A stretch of 64,000 nt of DNA from Nanobdellota archaeon (GTDB taxonomy: Archaea; Nanobdellota; Nanobdellia; SCGC-AAA011-G17; JACPNG01), in contig JBBSWJ010000005.1 in NCBI GenBank assembly GCA_038046345.1, forward strand, positions 24,784-88,783, given 5' to 3'. The position numbers and the translations under genes were made by a program. Every line of letters starts with the position of its first letter. Positions within the stretch are counted from its first letter, which is position 1. The notes below the pieces were generated by a model, which worked only from the letters and a program-made list of their open reading frames with translations, had not been told where the DNA came from and ran no database searches. Below are positions 59,796 to 64,000 of this stretch, piece after piece.

Positions 59796-60580
59796 AACAG
59801 TAATAAAATGCCGTATCCAACAAAACAACCAGCGGTTATAAATGGCATTGCAGGGTAATATCTTTTTTTCTTAGATATAAACAACAAGGTCAACAACCCC
59901 AACATTGCTGTGAGTGATATTATCAAACTCAAAAACCCGTAATCTACCATAAGCACCCCCGCAAATATCAAAGGAAACGCTATATCCCCCCCGCCAAGTA
60001 TAGCCATATTATTCTTGTATTTTATCAAAAATCCAGCAAATAGCTTTTCTTTAGCCTGAAACTTAGCTAAAGATACCATATGTTTGGTCTTCCTCACAGC
60101 TATAAAATCATAAGCTGATACGCCAATTAACACAAGAGAAGCTATTTCTATGCTTAATACCGGCGCAAACAATGCAGATATAGCCCCATAAACAAATAGT
60201 TCAGTAAAATTATGCACAATTACATTATTCCTAAATAGCCTTAATGCTACAAATACAATTGCTACAATAAACGCAATGGTTGAATGAAAAAATGCAGAAA
60301 AAGACACTGAAAGAGTTAGCAGTATCGCCATACTAAACCAAATCTTCCATAAGACACCTAGCTTAAGTTTTATCAGTAATAAGAGCAATATTGTAAGCAC
60401 AACTATTACTATTATTATGTACATAGTTGAACTTAATGGTTTTTCAACATTTATGCTTGGTCTTTCAAGATTATACGGTAAATCTTTATTTAAGTAAACA
60501 CTTGTAACATACAAGCCGATTAAATGGGAAACTAAAAACAATATTAATATGATCACATTTATCTTGCTTGGGTGCTTCAT
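59792..60580 (-). CDS. presenilin/signal-peptide-peptidase homologue (A22 aspartyl intramembrane protease)
   Basis: Polytopic protein with YD (SAYDFIAV), GxGD (LGGGDIAFP) and a PAL-like YYPAMPFI motif in the expected order. Confidence 0.75.
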   Translation of the reverse strand: MKHPSKINVIILILFLVSHLIGLYVTSVYLNKDLPYNLERPSINVEKPLSSTMYIIIVIVVLTILLLLLIKLKLGVLWKIWFSMAILLTLSVSFSAFFHSTIAFIVAIVFVALRLFRNNVIVHNFTELFVYGAISALFAPVLSIEIASLVLIGVSAYDFIAVRKTKHMVSLAKFQAKEKLFAGFLIKYKNNMAILGGGDIAFPLIFAGVLMVDYGFLSLIISLTAMLGLLTLLFISKKKRYYPAMPFITAGCFVGYGILLLF

Positions 60581-60844
60581 GATAATTAGTCTAAGCCTTT
60601 CCTATTTTAACTTATTGAAAACTTGAGCTGTAAAGTAAAAGTAGCTCACAACATCAGAATTTAACGAAGTCTTCATGTAGTTTGAATATTATATCCAGCT
60701 TATAGAAGAATTGAACCCAAACCAGCATTAACATCTTAGACTTTTTCTCTACTATATCTAACATCTACAAGTGAGATAGACTCACCATTGTTTAATAGTT
60801 ATAATAATACAAATATTTATAAGCAATTGCCACTAAAACGGCGG

Positions 60845-61765
60845 ATGAATTACAATAAAACATTCCGTAGGGTTATATGTAGCTTAGTCTTATTATGTGG
60901 GTTATACCACAAAACTCTTGGAATAGACTCAAAAACATTACCCCTGAAGTTTCCTAACGCACAAGAAATATTTAGACCAAGAATAGCCAATAATTTAGAA
61001 ACAGTAATAGAATCCAATATAACCCACGCTCATGAAAGATTTGTTAGAACTCTCAGATGGGATGAAACCATATCTAAAGCTGAAGAAAAATATAATATAG
61101 AAAAAGGTTTACTTGCGGGGTTAATCATGCAAGAAAGCATGGGCGATCCATTATCATTAAATGAAAGCAACGATGGTGGCGCTGGATTAATGATGTTTCA
61201 ACCAGGAACTGCAAGAAATTATGGCCTAAAGGTAATTGGTAGCTCAAATAAGACTGGTAGAGATACAGATCATGGAAAACAACTTCGAAAGTTAGTTGAT
61301 ACACAAGATCGCAACTACCAAGTACTTGCTGAAATTGATGAAAGGTTTGACGTAAACAAAAGTATAGATGCTGGAGCAAAGTATCTTCATGACCTACATG
61401 CATCACACGACTCATGGGACATGGCACTCTCTGCTTATAACAAAGGAAAACCAGTAAGAAGACCAAATTCTACACAACACGTAAAAAGCACAAGAAGATT
61501 TCAATGGTATTATGAAACGAACGGTGGAAAAATAGGTCAATATTACGAATATATAAGAACAAACAGCCGCGGTGAAGACATTTTTAGGTATGAAATACGC
61601 CAAAGTGACAGCCCTAGGAGTATTGCAAATAATTTTAATATATCAGATGATAGAAACAGATACAAAAAAATAAAACCATCAGATGTTGTAGATAAAAACA
61701 GACACCTAGCAGGCAATAAACTTAGCACTGGTCAGACAGTTTTTGTAAAAGCAACACCTAATTAA
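60845..61765 (+). CDS. lytic transglycosylase (SLT domain) with a C-terminal LysM-like segment
   Basis: Has [10 protein letters not shown] (catalytic Glu-Ser), [10 protein letters not shown] and ALSAYNKG. The C-terminal pattern is [11 protein letters not shown]...STGQTVFV. The start is set at MNYNKTF with a signal anchor. Confidence 0.7.
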   Translation: MNYNKTFRRVICSLVLLCGLYHKTLGIDSKTLPLKFPNAQEIFRPRIANNLETVIESNITHAHERFVRTLRWDETISKAEEKYNIEKGLLAGLIMQESMGDPLSLNESNDGGAGLMMFQPGTARNYGLKVIGSSNKTGRDTDHGKQLRKLVDTQDRNYQVLAEIDERFDVNKSIDAGAKYLHDLHASHDSWDMALSAYNKGKPVRRPNSTQHVKSTRRFQWYYETNGGKIGQYYEYIRTNSRGEDIFRYEIRQSDSPRSIANNFNISDDRNRYKKIKPSDVVDKNRHLAGNKLSTGQTVFVKATPN

Positions 61766-62861
61766 ACATTTTTTCAAAGAAGTTTTTCTGGGGGCTTAAT
61801 CTTTCTTTGTTTTCTTTTCCTAACTGTAATAATAATTCTTTTTCCACCTTAGTTAATTTTTGGGGAGTTTTAACATGAGCATGAACAAATTGATCTCCAT
61901 GTCCATATCCATTAATATCAGGTAAGCCCTTGCCTTTAAGTCTGAATGTGGTATTACTCTGTGTTCCTGCAGGTACTTTAATTTTGGTAGTTCCTTCCAA
62001 TGTTGGTACTTCTAGCTCAGCGCCCAATGCTGCTTGTGAAAAGCTTATTGGGAGATCAATATGAACATCTATTCCATCTCTCTCAAAAAGTTCATGCTGC
62101 CTCACTCTTACTACTACTAATAAATCACCAGAAGCACCATGTTTTACAGCTGTACCTTCTCCATGTACTCTTATTATTTGACCATCATCTATGCCGGGAG
62201 GAATTTTTACTTTTATAGTCTTTTCTTTGAATAATATTCCATCACCATCACAATGCTTACATTCATTTTTTGGTACCTGACCCTTTCCTTGACATTCACT
62301 GCATAGAGTTTGCGCTGAAAAAATTCCAAATGGTGTTCTTTGTTGTTTGATGATTCTTCCCTTGCCATGACATTTGGAGCAATTTACCAAGTCACCATCC
62401 TCAGCACCAGTACCATCACAATGCTCACAAAGGATATTCTTTTCTAGTTTTATTGTTTTGTCTAGTCCATTGATTACATCTTCAAAGTCTATTGTTACAT
62501 CAGTTCTTATATCATTCCCTTTGGCTGCTCTTCTGTTGCCAGCACCAAAGAACGATTCAAAAATACTACCGCCAAATAAATCACCAAAAAGATCTTCGAA
62601 ATTTGTTCCACGAAATATATCTTCTTGGGAATATCTCTGATCAAATCCTGCATGCCCAAACTGATCATATGCTTTTCTCTTTGATTCATCTGACAACACT
62701 GCATAAGCTTCAGAAATCTCTTTGAATTTTTCTTCTGCGCCTTCTTCTTTTGATCGATCTGGATGGTATTTTAACGCAAGCTTCTTATAAGCTTTCTTTA
62801 TCTCTTCCTTACTAGCGCCTTTACTAACACTCAGTATTTCATAATAGTCTCCTTTAGTCAT
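61758..62861 (-). CDS. dnaJ: chaperone DnaJ
   Basis: Has the J-domain [32 protein letters not shown], a G/F region and four CxxCxGxG zinc motifs. Confidence 0.93.
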   Translation of the reverse strand: MTKGDYYEILSVSKGASKEEIKKAYKKLALKYHPDRSKEEGAEEKFKEISEAYAVLSDESKRKAYDQFGHAGFDQRYSQEDIFRGTNFEDLFGDLFGGSIFESFFGAGNRRAAKGNDIRTDVTIDFEDVINGLDKTIKLEKNILCEHCDGTGAEDGDLVNCSKCHGKGRIIKQQRTPFGIFSAQTLCSECQGKGQVPKNECKHCDGDGILFKEKTIKVKIPPGIDDGQIIRVHGEGTAVKHGASGDLLVVVRVRQHELFERDGIDVHIDLPISFSQAALGAELEVPTLEGTTKIKVPAGTQSNTTFRLKGKGLPDINGYGHGDQFVHAHVKTPQKLTKVEKELLLQLGKENKERLSPQKNFFEKMFN

Positions 62862-62886
62862 TCAGCACCTTTGTAAGCAAGAGTTT

Positions 62887-64000
62887 TTAACTCTTTTTCT
62901 TTTTCTTTTTTTCCTCAACTACTTCAGCGTCTACAACCTGTTCTTCATTCTTTGTTTCAGAAGCTGCTTTCTTTGCAGCTTCTTCGTACATTTTAGCACC
63001 GATCTCTTGAGTTTTCTTCTGTACTTCTTCTAATTGTCTTTTTATCTTTGCTGTATCATCTGTTTTCACTGCTTCTTTTAATGCATCAATTTCTTTTTGA
63101 ACTGTTTCAACAGTCTTTTTATCAGCTTTATCACCAAATTCTTTTATCATTTTCTCAGTGCTGTAAATAAGTTGATCTGCTGAGTTTCTTACCTCGATAC
63201 CTTCTTTCTTCTTCTTGTCTTCTGATTCATGTGCTTGTGCGTTCTTCAAAAGTTCTTCTACTTTTTCCTTGCTCATTCCTGAACCGCCGGTTACAGTAAT
63301 TTTTTGCTGTTTCCCTGTAGCTCTATCCTGCGCAGACACATTTACAATTCCATTTGCATCTATATCAAATGTCACTTCAATCTGTGGCACGCCCCTAGGT
63401 GCAGGTGGTATTCCATCAAGCATAAATCTGCCCAAGCTCTTATTGTCAGCTGCCATCTCTCTTTCTCCTTGCAGTACATTGATCTCAACTCCAGGCTGAT
63501 TATCTGCTGCAGTAGAGAATACTTGCGATTTCTTAGTTGGTATTGTTGTATTCCTTTCTATCAAAGGTGTTCTTATGCCACCAAGTGTTTCTATGCCTAA
63601 TGTTAATGGTGTTACATCTAATAGCAAGACATCTTTAACCTCGCCGCCTAATATACCTGCTTGTATTGCTGCGCCTAGAGCAACTGCTTCATCAGGGTGC
63701 ACACTTTTATCTGCTTCCATTTTGGTTAGATCTTTTACTATAGCTTGCACTTTTGGTATTCTTGTTGATCCGCCAACCAAGATTACATGATCAATACCGT
63801 CTATTTTTGCGTCTTTAATGGCCTGTTTCACAGGATTTTTTAGTCTGTCAAATATTGATTCATTTAATTCTTCAAACTTTGCTCTGGTCAGCTTAATATC
63901 CAGGTGTAATGGTCCTGATTGTCCAGCAGTTATAAATGGCAGGTTTATCTGTGCTTGCAAACTGCTTGACAATTCTATTTTTGTTTTTTCTGCAGCTTCT
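62887..64000 (-). CDS. dnaK: chaperone DnaK (Hsp70); the 5' part lies outside the window
   Basis: The frame stays open to the window edge (...[25 protein letters not shown]). It has a substrate-binding domain, a lid and an EEVD-less Lys-rich tail. The track start is an internal TTG. Confidence 0.93.
   Translation of the reverse strand, partial: EAAEKTKIELSSSLQAQINLPFITAGQSGPLHLDIKLTRAKFEELNESIFDRLKNPVKQAIKDAKIDGIDHVILVGGSTRIPKVQAIVKDLTKMEADKSVHPDEAVALGAAIQAGILGGEVKDVLLLDVTPLTLGIETLGGIRTPLIERNTTIPTKKSQVFSTAADNQPGVEINVLQGEREMAADNKSLGRFMLDGIPPAPRGVPQIEVTFDIDANGIVNVSAQDRATGKQQKITVTGGSGMSKEKVEELLKNAQAHESEDKKKKEGIEVRNSADQLIYSTEKMIKEFGDKADKKTVETVQKEIDALKEAVKTDDTAKIKRQLEEVQKKTQEIGAKMYEEAAKKAASETKNEEQVVDAEVVEEKKKKKKS

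Overview
This is a visibly AT-rich, gene-dense archaeal window. It carries archaeal translation and information genes: aIF5B, aIF2-gamma, aEF-1alpha, aEF-2, S6e, S10, NAC, Sec61-beta, archaeal-type ThrRS and PheRS, and a 16S-tRNAAla-23S operon. It also carries many bacterial-looking accessory genes: DnaK/DnaJ, gyrase, an SLT lytic transglycosylase, an HD-GYP domain protein and CcdA/DipZ-like redox proteins. This mix, together with many small orphan proteins, suggests a small-genome DPANN-like archaeon, but that is an inference and no database search was possible.

The most unusual signal is a concentration of bulge-helix-bulge (BHB) type intervening sequences.
- A 33-nt insert with an in-frame stop splits the P-loop codons of the aEF-2 gene. 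It folds into a textbook hBHBh' motif whose excision restores AHIDHGK. A 197-aa mini-intein starts 9 nt further downstream.
- The tRNA-Ala in the rRNA spacer has a 35-nt T-loop intron.
- A tRNA-Ser(GGA) has a 12-nt canonical intron.
- The 16S gene has a 61-nt insert inside the 790-loop, which is the 806R primer site.
- The 23S gene has a 26-nt BHB-like insert in helix 89, plus about 80 extra nt near helix 91.

Other notable items:
- a CcdA homologue whose first Cys-bearing TM helix sits at the C-terminus, an apparent circular permutation, next to a DipZ-like thioredoxin protein
- a truncated dph2 remnant
- a 2OG-oxygenase plus radical-SAM gene pair next to an HD-GYP-like protein
- several small genes missed by the ORF track (Sec61-beta and two zinc-ribbon proteins)

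All functional calls rest on motifs I recognise by eye. No BLAST, HMM or folding software was run.
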